DNA of 64,000 bases from Eledone cirrhosa (Eukaryota). Made by a program: the position numbers and the translations under genes. Positions within the stretch are counted from its first letter, which is position 1; each line of letters opens with the position of its first letter. The notes under the pieces were generated by a model. The model was not told where the DNA came from and ran no database searches. It saw only the letters and a list, made by a program, of their open reading frames with translations. Location: assembly GCA_964016885.1 (NCBI GenBank), contig OZ024745.1, positions 114,204,001 to 114,268,000 of the forward strand, in the 5' to 3' direction. Below, in pieces: positions 27,859 to 42,215 of the stretch.

Positions 27859-28402
27859 ATTATAATAGTTTCTTATATAGGCACAAGGCCAGCAATTTGG
27901 GAGGAGGGGAAAGTCGATTAAATCGACCCAGTGCGTGGCTGGTACTTTATTTTATCGACCCCGTAAGGATGAAAGGCAAAGTTAACCTCGGCGGGATTTG
28001 AACTCAGGTAATAAAGGGCCGTAACTCTATGCTACAAAGCATAACGTCCGACCCTCTATCGATACTGCCAATCCATCGCCCTATAATCTTCAATTATAAT
28101 TGTTTCTATTATTGGCACAAGGCCAGCAATTTCCCAGTACATTACTGGTACTTTATTTTATCGACCCCGTCAGGATGAAAGGCAAAGTGAACTTCGGCGG
28201 GATTTGAACTCACACCATAAAGGGGCGTAACTCTATGCTGCAAAGCATGGCGTCCGACCTTCTACTGATACTCCCAATCCCCCGCCCTATTAATCTTCAA
28301 TTATAATTGTTTCTACTTTAGGCACAAGGCCAGCAATTACCCAGTGCATTACTGGTACTTTATTTTATCGACCCCGTAAGGATGAAAAGCAAAGTCAACC
28401 TC
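27859..28402 (-). mobile_element. three tandem family A SINE copies
   Basis: Repeated SINE body with a shared junction AATC(C/T)TCAATTATAAT. Confidence 0.85.
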
Positions 28403-31209
28403 AATGATACTGAATCTTTTTCATTACTGTTTTTCTTTGTCTGTGTTTGTTTGTCTTCTGTCAAATGTCTGTTCGTTTCCTTCAACATACAAAAGTGTTT
28501 AAACAGAAGCCATGTCAACTGGGCTTTCTTAAAGCCATGGCCTATTTTCTTTTTCAGTAAAAAATATTTCAAAACCTTCTTTTAAAGAAATATCTATAAT
28601 TATAAATACGGTGAGTGCCATAAACGGTAGATTGTAATATTTGTTAGGTTCTCCCACCCTTATATTTAAGGTTAAAATTCTGCCCAAGTTGATTTTTATG
28701 CTTCGGAAATCGATAAACAAGTACCACTCAAAGTTTAATCGGCTATACTTTTGAACGCAGTGCCCTAACATGGTTACAAATTAATTCTACCAGGCTGTGC
28801 TTGTTCTTAGATGGTAGACTTTATCTATCGTCTGGTTTAATATCACCACTTGAGTCTTGGGTGTTTTTAGCGCAGTCTGGTCTGAAGATAAGTTATAAGG
28901 TGTGATTTCTTCCTCACCTTTTTCCAGCAATCACGTAAGCCATGAAAAGGGACATTTCCCTTCCTCCTCTGACTAACCTATGGAAAATGATTTAGACAAA
29001 TCAAGACTGAAATTAGGTTTCTATTCTCCGTTGAAGCAAGTGTTCACATATACTTCTAATATTTTTTGTGGTAGGCATAAACGTTACAGTATTTCATTCC
29101 CCGCTCTTATAAATACAGGACCTCATGTGTGGCATAGAGAAACCAATAATTATGCCTAAAGCTGCATCCCGGCTCACAATACGAACGTTTTCCCATGTAT
29201 ATTTTCTCGCGTTTTCTTTCATTTCTGTTTTTTTTTTACCATTTTTCTGTTCTTGATGTCCAAAAATGCTAAACATATTGCTGCGTGCAATGTGACACTA
29301 TCATTGCTTTCTTGATGTTTTCCACCCCTAGAAAGGTGCATGTTATGCCTCTTCGAGAAAATGGACATACATACATATATATATAAAGAGGTCTTCAACA
29401 TAGGTTGTTTTTTTAATAACGCGGTGTGTTGAGTACCAACTGACCGCTTAAAATGCGAGTTCACAGTACAGTACAATAATGCAAAACATTTTTCTTCACC
29501 GTCTCCCCCACCACCTCACTCTCTCTCTCTCTCTACTTCTTTATTTTAATCCCCTCTCTCCTTCTTCTTTCCCACCCCTTCAGGTTTCTCTTAAAACTTC
29601 CTACCTATCCTTTATTAATTAACAATGACCTCCCAATGAGCTCTTTAGAATAAAAGGCAAATGTCCCGCCTATTTTTATCAAACTTCATGTATCTCGAGC
29701 TGCATGATCGTTTTTACCCTTTCGTTTTAATACAGTAAGCTGTGATGTGATTTGAGGAAGATTTGGTTGTTATTTTTAGCATGCTGTGTGACAACAAGGA
29801 GGTTCTCTTCGTTTCTGTGTGTATCATTTACATTTACTGTAGAATCTTTGAATTAAATGGTGTTAATCAGATATAGCCACCGGATATATTTCGTAATTGG
29901 AACAAATCATTAACTCGTACTCTCACACTCTAGTAATCACTTGGACACTTTTCAGTGGCGATTCGATTGAAATTAAGGCGTAGATTAAATTGTCTCCATT
30001 TTCTGTTCTTTCTTGTCATCTCCACATGGTGATGGTGAAAATATTGATGGGTCTGCGATGAAAACGCTCCTTTGTTAGCTATTTCACGTAGTTCATTGCA
30101 ACTTTATGTATCGACCCTGAATAAAACACAAAGTTAGCATTGATGGAATTTAAACTCGGAAAACAGAAAGCCGGAAAAAATGCAGATATCTAACGCTCTA
30201 ACGACTGCCAAGTCGCTGCCTTGTTGGCTAGAGTATATCCGCGGCGGGATTTGAACTCAGAACGTAAAGGGCCATAACTCTATGCTGCAAAGCATGGTGT
30301 CTGACGTTCTACCGATACTTGACCTAAATATAATCTCAAACAATTTCCTCACAAATCACACCCACTCGTTTAAAAAAAAGAAGGAAAGACACGTTAGACA
30401 TACTGTTTATGATGAAATATAGGGTAGTGACGGTTGGGGTGCTTGATCAAGGTTTACCTGGGGTTGAAAAGCAACAACTATTATATATTTTATCGACCGT
30501 GAAGAAAATAAGTCAAAGTCGCCTACAACAATATTTAAAGGCTGGGATACATCTTTCAAAAGGCTAAAAAAATACATAACAATATCTTTTTAATTATACT
30601 TTCTCTTCTTTTTTTAGTTTCTTAAAATTAAATTCCATCAGATAAGCAAAAAAGAATAATTATAAGGAAAAAATAAATAAAAACGAAATTGAATAATTGA
30701 ATTGGAATAAATCAAAGAACACCAAAACTAAGTTAAATCATTAATTTTGTGCATGTTTAATCACTAGAGCTTGATAATTTCCACAAGACTTCCGATAACT
30801 GTCAAAACAACACAATTAATAGCTAAAATTAGTTGAAAATAATTGTTATTTCATTATATATTCCAAATAAACAACACATGTTCCTAATTCCTATTTAAAA
30901 TTTAAATAATGTCAAATACTCTGAATGTTATTCAATTTTAATTTCAAACATCCAAATATGATACAATCATTTTAACGAAAAATCCAAGTTTGCAATGCTT
31001 AGTTAGTTAGTCGCTGGTTTTAAACAGTTCGTTTAATGTCTAAATTTATGACCTCTCTATATTATCTCAGGCGATATCTCACTGAACTTTATATAACCAT
31101 ACAATAAACGGTAATAAAATCACATAAAGAAAAGAAATAGAAGAAATGATTCACTTTTGGCTAAGAAAAAGTCACATTTTATTTAAATACCATAAAGATG
31201 GATAATATA

Positions 31210-31370
31210 TCTATATATCTAAAACAGAGCCTGTTTGTCTGTCTGACTCCCTAAAACTCGAGAACTACCGAACCGATTGTTTTCAAACTTTACACATGTA
31301 ATACTTATGGTCGTGTGAGTGTTTTGAGCAAAAGAAATTTCCAAGGATTCTGGAGGCTAAGTGTGTATAT
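31210..31370 (+). mobile_element. Helitron-like 5' terminus (non-autonomous)
   Basis: A|TCTATATATCTAAAA...GTCTGTCTG...AACTACCGAACCGATT resembles typical Helitron 5' ends. No 3' end found. Confidence 0.5.
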
Positions 31371-31604
31371 ATGTGGGGGTACGCACGTGTGTGTTTGTGC
31401 GTATACGTTTTGTGGTTGTAGGTGGCGTGGTTCGAAAAAAAATGTTGTGAGTGTATGTCCGTGGGTAAGATCCTAAGGTAGTTCCGTAGAGGGTGTGAAG
31501 AGATGCCGTATATATATATATATAATATATATATAATTTGTATAAATATATATATATAATATATATAAAATATATATATTCAATATATATATATATATAA
31601 TATA

Positions 31605-31642
<38 letters not shown>

Positions 31643-32329
31643 TATATAATATATATACATAATATATATATATAATTGTACGTTACTGGTACTTTATTTT
31701 ATCGACCCCGTAAGGATGAAAGGCAAAGTTAACCTGGGCATATAATACATATATATAATATATATATATATAATATATATATATAATATATATATATATA
31801 TACAATATATATTCTATTTAGGAAACCGAATGATTCTCGGCTTCAAAGTTAAGAATAACGTAAATAAATTAGTAGAACGAAAATGACAGAGGTTATTGAA
31901 ATCAACAATAATTAAATATATACATACACGCATCCACGCATGTGTGTATACATATAATTATATAAATGTATATAAATATACACACATAAATACGTAAATA
32001 ACGCACACACACACACACACACACATACCTACAGATAAATACACATATGTTCACTAAACGTACGTCAGCCAAAACACAAAGTACACATATACACACCTTA
32101 CATACGTGCAAACACGCATACACACACAAACACAAAATACACATATACACATGTACCAGTATGTATAATATAATATATACACCTATAACAAATACAAGCA
32201 AATATACGCACAAGAAAGTATACGTACCTTCACAAAACATATGGGTAAAGTATACTTACCTATACAAATAAGTAATGTTATAAACATAAAATATACTTAG
32301 CTACCACATCAAGACATAAATTATCCGCG

Positions 32330-33234
32330 TATTGTTCTTACTATCCATAAGGGTATAATGTGGGGCTGTAATACAGGAAAGTTTTATGCAATTTATGTTT
32401 ACAAGCCGAAATTGCCTCAGATTTTTGGCGTAGAGTATTTCCAGGGCTTCAGCGGCGCAAAGATCGCATGGTCTTTTATTTCCGTTATACGATCTAGCTT
32501 TAGCTAGGATCTCCCAGTGTGACCTATATTGGGTGTGGTTGTTTTTTTAGACTCCAGATATAGGCTGAAAGTGACGTCATATTCCTTCTTAAAGGGTTAA
32601 GAAAAGAATGGGTGTGCATGTAAAGACGCTGTTTGAATCTAGCAGTGATGTTATGTGCAACGTTAGGAGTCGTAGAGTAAGATATTTTAATGGTATTTCT
32701 ATTAAAAATGTTATTATATTTATGTGCTGAAGGGAAATGCTTCTTAATAAGGGAGAGAAAGATCTTAGCTAATGGTGTGGCCACCTCCATATTATATGGT
32801 GGGTTATACCATATAATGCATCGAGATCTATTTTTCCTTGGTCTATGCTCATACTTAGAATATGCTACCTTATCGACAAATCCACTCCGAGCAAGAGTTT
32901 CATTGTAATATGTGGAATGGTCGGTGAAAATATGCTCGTTTGTAGATAGAAGGAAAAGTCTCAAAGAAACGTTACTTACCAGGTTATTGGTTATGCTGGC
33001 AGGATGGTTAGAATGTTTACTTATGTAATTAAGCATATCATTCGGCTTTCTATACGGGTAGTGCAAGCCATTCGACAAATTGAGGGTAACGTCGAGGTAA
33101 TTAACAACCGAGAGGTTGGCCTCAACTTGTATGGAGAGGTTGAAGCCTTTAAAGAAAGCTGTGAGTTCTTTTCTGAACCTGTCGCAAGCGCGTGAACCGC
33201 ACTTTGTCATGGTCATCTTGTCTCTTCCCACCAA
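32330..33234 (-). mobile_element. Penelope-like fragment (RT C-terminus plus internally deleted GIY-YIG region)
   Basis: VVNYLDVTLNL...PYRKPND.LNYISKHSNHP...IIWYNPPY...TSLSAYIWSLK, then WEILAKARSY...PCDLCAAE in another frame. Confidence 0.85.
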
Positions 33235-33869
33235 TTCTGGATAATCCAGCCACCCCCAGAACTGAAGGGATATTTACCTGAGCTAGGCCCTAATTAGTGA
33301 TCAGGATTAGCTTGGTGTGGCATGTGATATGACACTGCTGCTATCTGGGGCTTGTCTAAATTGAAGCTCATCAACTGGTTCCCAAAGGAAGCTCGGATTT
33401 GTTTTGCCCATGCTCTCTCCAAGCTGTTGAAGAATGTTTGCTCATCCAACAATACCTGTACCAGAAAGGGTTAATTGTATTTATTATATGTGTTTATATT
33501 TTCATTCTGCACATAAACTGAACAAAGACTGTGTTACACTTACTTCTGTAATCAGTAAAGTAATCCATGATACATTTTAAAAAAAGGCGATAATGGAGAT
33601 GGAAAAGCGATGAAACTGTTGACGGAAAACATTCATGAATCTTCACTTGAGAATATCGATGGGAAGCTTCAAGCAGCGAATTTGAAAATAGATGCTGCTA
33701 GTATGAATGAATGAATTACATTTACCAATATGAAGAGTTGACCTTCGCTTTATTGTTGTTTTACTGTATTCACATATAGACTTCTTAAGTTTTTGTCGTG
33801 TCCCTTTTCTAGCAGTTAAAAAGAAACTGAAATGCATTTCAACTAAAAGAGAGTGATAGCTGTTTCATA

Positions 33870-36471
33870 TCACTCTAGAATTTCTTTGTAGACACAGTTG
33901 TCAGCAAATAGACCCCTTTCATTTAATATTTTTATATTTTCTTTTTTTTAACTCGTGATAATGCAACATACATCTGACCATGTGAGAAGAATTGTGTTGG
34001 TAGATATACACCTATCTTGTCAAATGTCTGCCTGTGTGCCTTGTTGTATATAAGGGCAAAGGCTGGTTTGACAGGAAATTGCTTGCAAGTAAAGGTGAAA
34101 GGGAACTGAAGCTCTTGAGATACATGCGGTATCCTTGGGATTAGCAACCTCGTTCCAGCATTAGGACCCAATGCCACTTCAGCTTCAATTACATGATTAT
34201 GTAAACTGATGATGATGTAGCGTGTACCATTGCAATACCTGTTTAGAGGATCCAGATTTCTCAGAAGCACGATGCAACTGTCTTTCTTCAATTTAAGTAT
34301 GTGTGTTGGGAAGTTGATGAACTCAATTGGATATTGCAGTTCATTATCTACTGTATCAGAGCTTCTGTAGATTATTTCATGACCAGGGAACTTGTTGACC
34401 ATGAACTCATTCACCAATCTTGCTGCATCATTTGTTGGAGTGATAATGGCTCTATTTGCAAGCCATAGTGGGTTTGTGTAGTTTCCTGGAAGATTTGTAT
34501 ACCCAAAATCACACAGTCCAGATACATTACCACATTCCAGACAAAGTTCATTTGGCAGAAGAATTGTGAATGCACCTACAGTTGGAATGTTACCATTTCC
34601 CACATCAAGAAAGTAGTTTTCAAACTGTCTTTCATCAGAATCCTCTGTATTAATTAACCGTTGATTGGTTGTCATCTCCATGGTTTCCACATAGTCCCAG
34701 AGATAGGATCTCTTCATGGTTGCCTCAACTATTTGTAGTCTAGCACCATGACATACAACTGGAAGAATTTGCTTCCAGTCACCAGATAGTAATACTGTTA
34801 GACACCTAATGGCTTTTTGCAATCTCGAACATCTTTGAAGCTCCTGACAAGGAATTCAAAGATATGCTTATGTCCCATACCTATCTCATCAATGATTAGC
34901 AGGTCAGCTTGCTGCATAAGTTTACCTGTGTCATCCCTCTTTGTGAAGAAGCAAGTTGATTCAGCAGTCACATTTGGAAGGAATCTTGCACTTGGAATGA
35001 AGAGTTCTACCTTTGTGAAGCAAAGTGGCTGCTATTCTAGATATGGCAGTGGCAAGTGCAATTTTATTTTTAGATTGGAGGTAATCCAATAGGATGTTTA
35101 TGACATAGACCTTTCCTGTACCTGCACTTGCATTCAAGCAGAAAACTCTGCCTTTATTTCCATTTACAGAGGTGATTACTTTGTGAAAATTAACCAGTTG
35201 CTCAGGATTCAATGTTGGCAGAAGTTCATTTATGTTTGCTTGCAGTTGGTGTGTATTGAAATCAGTTTCTGCCATAAGAACCCTGTTGATTTCTGGTATG
35301 GCAACAATAGTTGGGTCTGGTCGAGGAAGTCCAGTTGGCATGAATGTCCAAGCCATCATGTTGAAGTCTTTGTTGGATCTTCTGTAAAACAATCTGCACG
35401 GTTTGCATGGACATGACTTGCTCATGACGTTCATGCATGATATCCTCTGCAAGACAATTCTTCCATTTCTCCCAGAACTGCAGAGGGTCATTTGGCATGC
35501 AGTACAATAAAATGGTGCAGAAGATCTCTCACAGCTGAGTACCAAGCGTAATGGATGAGGCCTCTTCCATAGCTTTGTCTTTTTCTCCATCTTCATCTTA
35601 CAGACCAAGTTTCCTGCATGCTTCTTGGAATGTTGGAAATTCAACTCCTTCAATTGTCCTTAAATCTTTGTATGAAGTTGACCCAGCCTTGTGATGTAGG
35701 ATCATTTTGAGGTAATATAATTCAGATTGATGTCTACTGAAAGATACTGTTGGAATGCGTCCAAAAGATTCACTCATAAATTATTGATCACCATCCAGAT
35801 GTCCCTTTTTTCTTCTTTGCCACTTTTTGTTTGCCCAAGTGAAATATTTAGGAATATCAATATACAATATGTTTTGTGCCAGTGGGTCTCTAATATTCAG
35901 TTGAAAATATTCCGTCAACTTAGTCATTGGCTGTCCCCTAGAAACCACACTTTCTTCCTGCCCTCGCTCATACACGACCATTTGTTCCCCAGGTAAATGG
36001 TAAGGCAACTTTTCAACTGGCGGTTTTTGATGATGTAATGGAAATTTATAGATTCTCCAGAATGCTTCACTCGCTGAGATGTACCATGCATTGATATATG
36101 TCTCAATCTCATTTTGGGCATGAACACAATTTCCTTGATCATCCTTAATAGTGAAAGTGATCTTGTCTGATCCTTTTGTGATATACTCTGGCGGTGGATT
36201 GGCAGTATCGGTAGAGGGTCGGACGCCATGCTTTGACGTATAGAGTTACGGCCCTTGCCATTCTGAGTTCAAATCCCGCTGAGGTTAACTTTGCCTTTCA
36301 TCCTTATGGGGTTGATAAAATAAAGTACCAGTAATACACTGGGTAATTGCTGGCCTTGTGCCAAAAGTAGAAACAATTATTTATTCAAAGTAATCCACCT
36401 TATTTTACAAACGGGATAAAAAAATTATATTCTGGACGCAGTCCCGCGCTCCTTGCTTTATATAGTTTAGA
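33870..36471 (-). mobile_element. decayed Helitron (end of Rep region + PIF1 helicase)
   Basis: YITKGSD, HLPGEQ..KLTEYF..YIDIPKYFTW, LNASAGTGK (Walker A), GDWKQILPV, LLRNLDP..CNGTR, QFPVKPAFA, FSHGQMYVALSRV and a CVYKEILE* end, with many frameshifts. Candidate 5' end A|TCTAAACTATATAAAG at 36471. Confidence 0.9.
36189..36381 (+). mobile_element. full-length family A SINE inside the Helitron
   Basis: A-box TGGCAGTATCGG, B-box GAGTTCAAATCC and tail GTAGAAACAATTAT. Confidence 0.9.
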
Positions 36472-37530
36472 TAGAAAAGTAATAATGATGATATTTTTTT
36501 AATGATATTAAATAGAACCGCCATAACTTCGAAAATGGAGCAACTCGAAACGACGTAAACCGAGGTTTACTTGCAGTTCTTTTAGTTACTGGTGTGTTTG
36601 AATGTAACAAATGATTAGAGGAATGTCTTTATCTCAATTCTCTAAAATATCATTCAAACTGCATGATCGCCACAAATATATATACTGATAGGGTAGGGTC
36701 TCATATATATAATATAGTGAGTTCTAGTCTAAAGTCTGCCTCGCGCCTGGTTCTTATCCCGGTTTCCATGGCGTTAAACAACCGAGGAGAGTACAAGACT
36801 TCCCTCCTCCCTGGACAGGAAGCCAGTCCATCGCAGGGTTAAACAACTAGTTATTACAGGTACTCATTTTCAACCACACTATAGTGAGCTGAAGAGTTTC
36901 AATTATCTGAGATTATGTACGCAATTAGTAAACAAAAGCTTTCTCTCCCTCGGTGTGTTTAAAATCTAAAGAGGCAATCAAGGGGGATAACTCTAATAAA
37001 ATCATCGGCATTTTGGGAGAATAGAGAAAATCCACAATTTGGAGTCGATCCGGCCCTCAACCCAACCAGTGAAAGTAACCGACATGGTTCGGTATTATTG
37101 GTTCTCCTCAGCAAAATATATTCAACTTGGTTGGCAAAACTTAAAGTGAGCATTGAAAGAAGAGCGTTCCGCAAACTAAATGCAAATAGATCTCGTATGT
37201 GAAATATAGTGGATTGAAAAACTTACATGAAAATAGATATAAATAAACTTATTTAGCAGTGCTAAATTTTTAGTTATGAAGCATGAGTAATTACAAACTT
37301 ATTCTCAACAAAGGCCTTATAATGAAATTAATACATGATTTGGGAAAATTCCAACGCATAAATAAATTTCTGAAATAGAGGAAAATTGTGAAAAGACTTT
37401 TTAAAAAAAATACATATTCAGTGTTTACCTAAGAAAAAAGAAAGAAAGAAAAGAAGGAATAACCAATCGCTGCAAAGTGAAAATATTTTGTCGATTTGTC
37501 TACCCTGTTAAGTTAAACAACTTCTCTGCA

Positions 37531-37628
37531 ATGGACACGTACCACTTTATAAATGAATTGGCGAAGAAAAAGTACCCGAAGACGTGTGACAAGTACCTAA
37601 ATTATGGCACTGCAGGATTTAGAACTAA
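37531..37628 (+). CDS. PGM3: phosphoacetylglucosamine mutase, coding exon 1
   Basis: MDTYHFINELAKKKYPKTCDKYLNYGTAGFRT(K). YGTAGFR motif, donor GTACGT. Confidence 0.9.
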
Positions 37629-38699
37629 GTACGTGTAAAGATTTAAAAAAAATTAAATTAATCACGTCATTTTTTGTTTTGGTTGAAATGGAAAAAAATC
37701 TATTTTATAATTCTTTTTTAGTTTTGTTTTTACTACCCTTGTTAAGTGTTAGTAAGCAAGCTACGCACACATACTACAATTCTATACGTAAACACACTTA
37801 TTTGCATACAATTTATAGTGTGATAAAGTTAGTTCGTTTTTTTTTTTCTAGTACACAAACCGACATTTAAAAAAATATAAATTGAATTGACTCCTTACTG
37901 GTATATACCACTATTCTTCTTGAACTTGTGATTATCTTGGTTTATTTTATTTACAGGCAATTCCCACCTATGTTAACTTTGCCTTTCATCCTTTCCGAGT
38001 TTATAAAATAAAGTACCAAGTCAAGTACTTGTGTTGATTTAATGAACTTTGCTCTTCTCTCAGATTTCTATCCCTATGCCTAAATTAAAAAGAAATTTAT
38101 TATTTCGATATAATTAATTCTTATATCCTGCTCAATTTACTGTGATAGACTGTCGAAAAGGCGGTGGTTAATTCTTTGTGGCCTTTTAATTCTAATCTTG
38201 AGGTCTATTCTGCCTTTTATACACCCGGTGTCGATAAAATAAAGTTCCAGTCAAATGCTGGGAATGATTAATATTCCTGTAAATGTATCCTAAATGTAAA
38301 TCAGATTATAGTAGAAATGTTAAACATTTTGAAACGATTAATCAACTCTTATTTTTATTTCTTTTCATTGTTTAGTTATTACTTCTAACGGCAAAACTGC
38401 GATTTATAAAATCATATTTGGAAAGTCATGTGTTTTAATTCTACATAAAAATCTTCGTTTAGTAATTATGCTTTACATCCGTTTGACATTTTTTATTTAA
38501 TCAATTTAATGTTTACAAATGTTGTCCAGTTGCTAAAATGTAACTCTGTTAAGTATAATCGTCTCTACATCTATATCGCTAAGAAATCCGTTTTCCTTAG
38601 GAAGAAAAAAAATGTGTTTTGTTTAAATCATGAGAGTTAAATCATGCGTTAGATGTACAGGAGTCAACAAAAAAGAACAACTACAAAGTAAAGTTACAT

Positions 38700-38830
38700 C
38701 ATATGCTCAGACTGTACCATGGAAAGTAGTTGATAGCTTGCTACCTCGGTGATCCAGCGAGAATAAGAATAAGGTATACACAATTCATGGAGATGTTACC
38801 TCTGCTGGCGACAAAAAATGTTCTCCACAC
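38700..38830 (+). mobile_element. short RTE LINE fragment
   Basis: VVDS..YLGD...ARIRI..QFMEMLPLLATK, homologous to the 41579-41809 peptide. Confidence 0.55.
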
Positions 38831-40359
38831 CTGACTGAGGCGGGCTGCAGAAAAAATGTGTCTAACAAAAAGCACCTCCATGAGTTCGCCATCATCGTCC
38901 CGGGAGTTGAGGAATTTCTGCGCATCCATTCTCTTTGGTTATTTCTTTACTAAATCTAACTCTTATTTTCTCTTTAGTGGTTGCTGTTAGGAAGGGTATC
39001 CAGCTGTAGAAAGCTTGTAAAGCAAGGGATGAGGAGGGCCCTTTCAGTTTGTGTCAAAAGACATGACAACTTCTCCTCTGCTCTTGATATGACTGTATGT
39101 AAGCAGGATACAGGCTCCTTGGTTTGTCTGGGAGGTCAATAGCCTTGCTTCAGTACTGACTTGGTCTATGTAGATCTGTCCAACCCTTGCTAGCAACTTA
39201 ACTAGTTTGCTGAAATGTGTCCATACTAGGGGAAAGAACACATTAAGCTTCCATTAACCAGGTCTCTGTCTATTGGTCTGTTCTAAGTTGACTGTATTAG
39301 TCACAAATTTGTGATCAGTGTAGCCAATTATCAAATATTGTAGTCAACCTATACTATGTCTATCTACAAAACTCTATTTAAATATGGCTTGGATGGGCCA
39401 ATGTGATTTATTTTAAGTTCATATTAGTGCATCTGGAAAATTGGTGTAACTTATCAGGCAGTTAGAAATGTTTGAGAAAGTTGACTAGACTTTTGCATGG
39501 CCATCTCCTGGTTAATCCACACAGACCATGTACATGTCCAGAATGCTGTTTCAGTTGCTTTCCCAGAAAGGTCACTAAGCCTCTAAAGAGATCTGGATGT
39601 TTTGTTACTATTGTGGCTTACATGACTATTTGTGTGAAGGTACCACCTACCTACTATCCAAATCCCAAATCCAAGGCCTTTTCACTCCTGTTGTAGTAAC
39701 ACCTCCCTTATTACCTGATTAACCCCCACTGCTTCTTATCTATGACCATATTGGGCCATGTGGGGTCAAGGTATCAGGTCAAATCGATGCTCCATCTTGC
39801 TTTTGACTGCCCTCTGGTTCTTTACACTGTCTTGGTGTTGACTCTGTCACTCTAATAGTCTACCATTTATGTTTGCCCTTCTTGGTGGTCTCGATTTTGT
39901 CCTTCACTCCACTCTTCTGTCGAATCCAGGTGTTGTTTTTCCTGTTACATAAGGTGATGCTGAGCATGATTCACTCCATTTTACATTAGGCCACTGCAAG
40001 AGTGTCTGCAGTGGTGGTGTTGGGTGCCCATGTCTCACTTCCATAAGTCATCACCGGCAGAACGTATTCATTCAACAGCTTTCTTTTGGTTTTGATTGTT
40101 GACTTGGGACTTCTACATTCAAGCCTTTCAAAATAGCACCACTATACCACACGATTTGATACAATCAAATGTATACATACACCTTGTAGTTGTTCAGAAA
40201 AGTGAATGAGTGTGCCTAGGAGACCCTAGTTTTGCTGATGGCTACTACATCCAGACTTAGTGACCTGAGATTGTTGAGCAAATATCTGTTTCATTGCCAA
40301 CTGCAGGATACATGCATTTATACAGTATGTCTTGAGTAACATACATTATTATTTTTCAG

Positions 40360-40430
40360 AGCCACTGACCTGAATCATGTGATGTTTCGAATGGGTGTCC
40401 TTGCTGTATTAAGATCTAAATGCATGAAAG
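40360..40430 (+). CDS. PGM3: PGM3 exon 2
   Basis: ATDLNHVMFRMGVLAVLRSKCMK. ttttcag/gtaagt boundaries, phase consistent. Confidence 0.95.
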
Positions 40431-41194
40431 GTAAGTGTTATTGCATTTAGTCTTTTCTTTTCTACACTATGACCTCGCCAAAGAAGTGTGTTAATTGGTA
40501 GTTTAGGTACTGGCCTTGTAACTGTTTACCTCAAGTAAGGCTCAACAATCTAATAGACAAACAGATATCATGCTTGGTTCAATGTTTATTATGTGGTTGT
40601 GTATTCAACTGGCTTGCTGGATATATTGGTTATTCTTCATAAGCATTCACACTACTACTGCCATGCCATAATAATTAGAGCACTGTTATTTCATATGCAA
40701 TGTATCCCATTTGCTAAACAACTTATATAAATAAGTTAACTTCAGCCAAGTATTTTTCTTGTTTTAGTTTCAATCTTATATCCTTTTAAAAATATTTATT
40801 ACTTCAGAATTATTTAATCAAGGGCAGAACATGCCAAAGATAGCTGAGTGCTATCATTAAGGTATTTAGTTATATTCCTCTCTGGTTTAATGAATTAACT
40901 TTGGTTTTTATTCTTTTGATGTTGGTAAAATGAATACTAAACATGAACTAGAGGATGGTGGGGTTATTCAATTGTCTTTACCTCCTCTTTTATAATAATT
41001 GTTTCTACTTTTTGGCACAAGGCCAGCAATTACCCAGTACATTACTGTTTAGTTTATCGACCCTGTAAGGATGAAAGGCGAAGTTAACCTCGGCGGGATT
41101 AACTTTGCCTTTCATCCATACGGGGTCGATGGTGATAAGAAATCAATAATTACTTAATCTATTTAATCACCTTACAGCAGTTATTATATTATAC

Positions 41195-42215
41195 ATCATC
41201 ATCATATGTCTGCTGTTCTTCACTTATATGGGTTGGACAGGTTCTTTTCAATACAACAGCTCAACACTTTTCATGTTCCTTTGTCATTTTCTCCATGAGC
41301 ATCAGCAATCTAAGATTAGCTCTCACCACTTCCATCCATGTCATCTTTGGTCTTCCTCTGCTGCGGATTCCCTTCACTGGGATTACTTGGCACTTCTTCA
41401 CCCAGTGATCATAATCCGTGTGCATCACATGTCCAAACCATCACTGCCTCTTCTCTTGCATACTTCATCTGATTCCTCTTATACCCAGTTTCTCTTTCAG
41501 TTCATCCTTGCTTTGTAGTTCTCACACATTAACATTGCACATCCATCGAAACATACTCATTTCATTTCTCCCCAGCCTTCACATGTTCTCTGCATTCAAT
41601 GCCCATGACTCACTACCATGCACCATTGTACTTTGTACACAGGCCTCATACAGCCAACCTTTTGTTGAAAGGGGAAAGTCTTTTGTTGTCAACAGAGATA
41701 GTAGCTTCCTAAACTTCTTCCATCCTGTCCTTATTCTAGCTACTATGTTCTTGCAGCATCCTCCTCCACTGCTAATTGTATTACCTAGGTAGCAGAAGCT
41801 ATCAACCACTTCTATGGATCCTCCCTAGCATTGGAAAAGGTTTATATCATTGGCACTCTTACTATCAATTGACCCTATACATCTACATACAAAGTCTTCC
41901 TTTCCTGCCTGTTATCCCACTATACCGCTTGTGTACTCAAGATTTGCATTGTGTACATCATATAGAGTTTATGCCTACTCCATTTCTACATATCTAGCAA
42001 AGCCACTTCCCTAATGAGATCTTCTTTCCTACTTATTGACACTTTGGTTTTTGCTAAATTTACTCTCAACCTTCTTGATTCTAAGTTCTGTTTCCATAGC
42101 TGGAATTTATTCTTTAGTTCTTCTACAGATTCGGCTATGAGGACCAGATCATCGGCATACAAAACTTCCCATGGATAACCAATATTAAACTCCGCTGTTA
42201 TGACCTGGAGGACAG
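41195..42215 (-). mobile_element. RTE-clade LINE 3' fragment
   Basis: LYADDLVL, VDSFCYLG..ISSGGGC...RIRTGWKKFRKLL...MVHGSESW, followed by a (GAT)n tail. Confidence 0.85.

Noticed and set aside
36189-36290. tRNA gene
   Set aside because: The A and B boxes belong to a SINE head and there is no cloverleaf.
36959-37200. Possible exon of a divergent gene upstream of PGM3
   Set aside because: No recognisable protein in any frame and no convincing splice sites.
38741-38929. Minus-strand 62-aa ORF as a nested gene in PGM3 intron 1
   Set aside because: It overlaps a plus-strand RTE fragment and has no recognisable domain or splice support.
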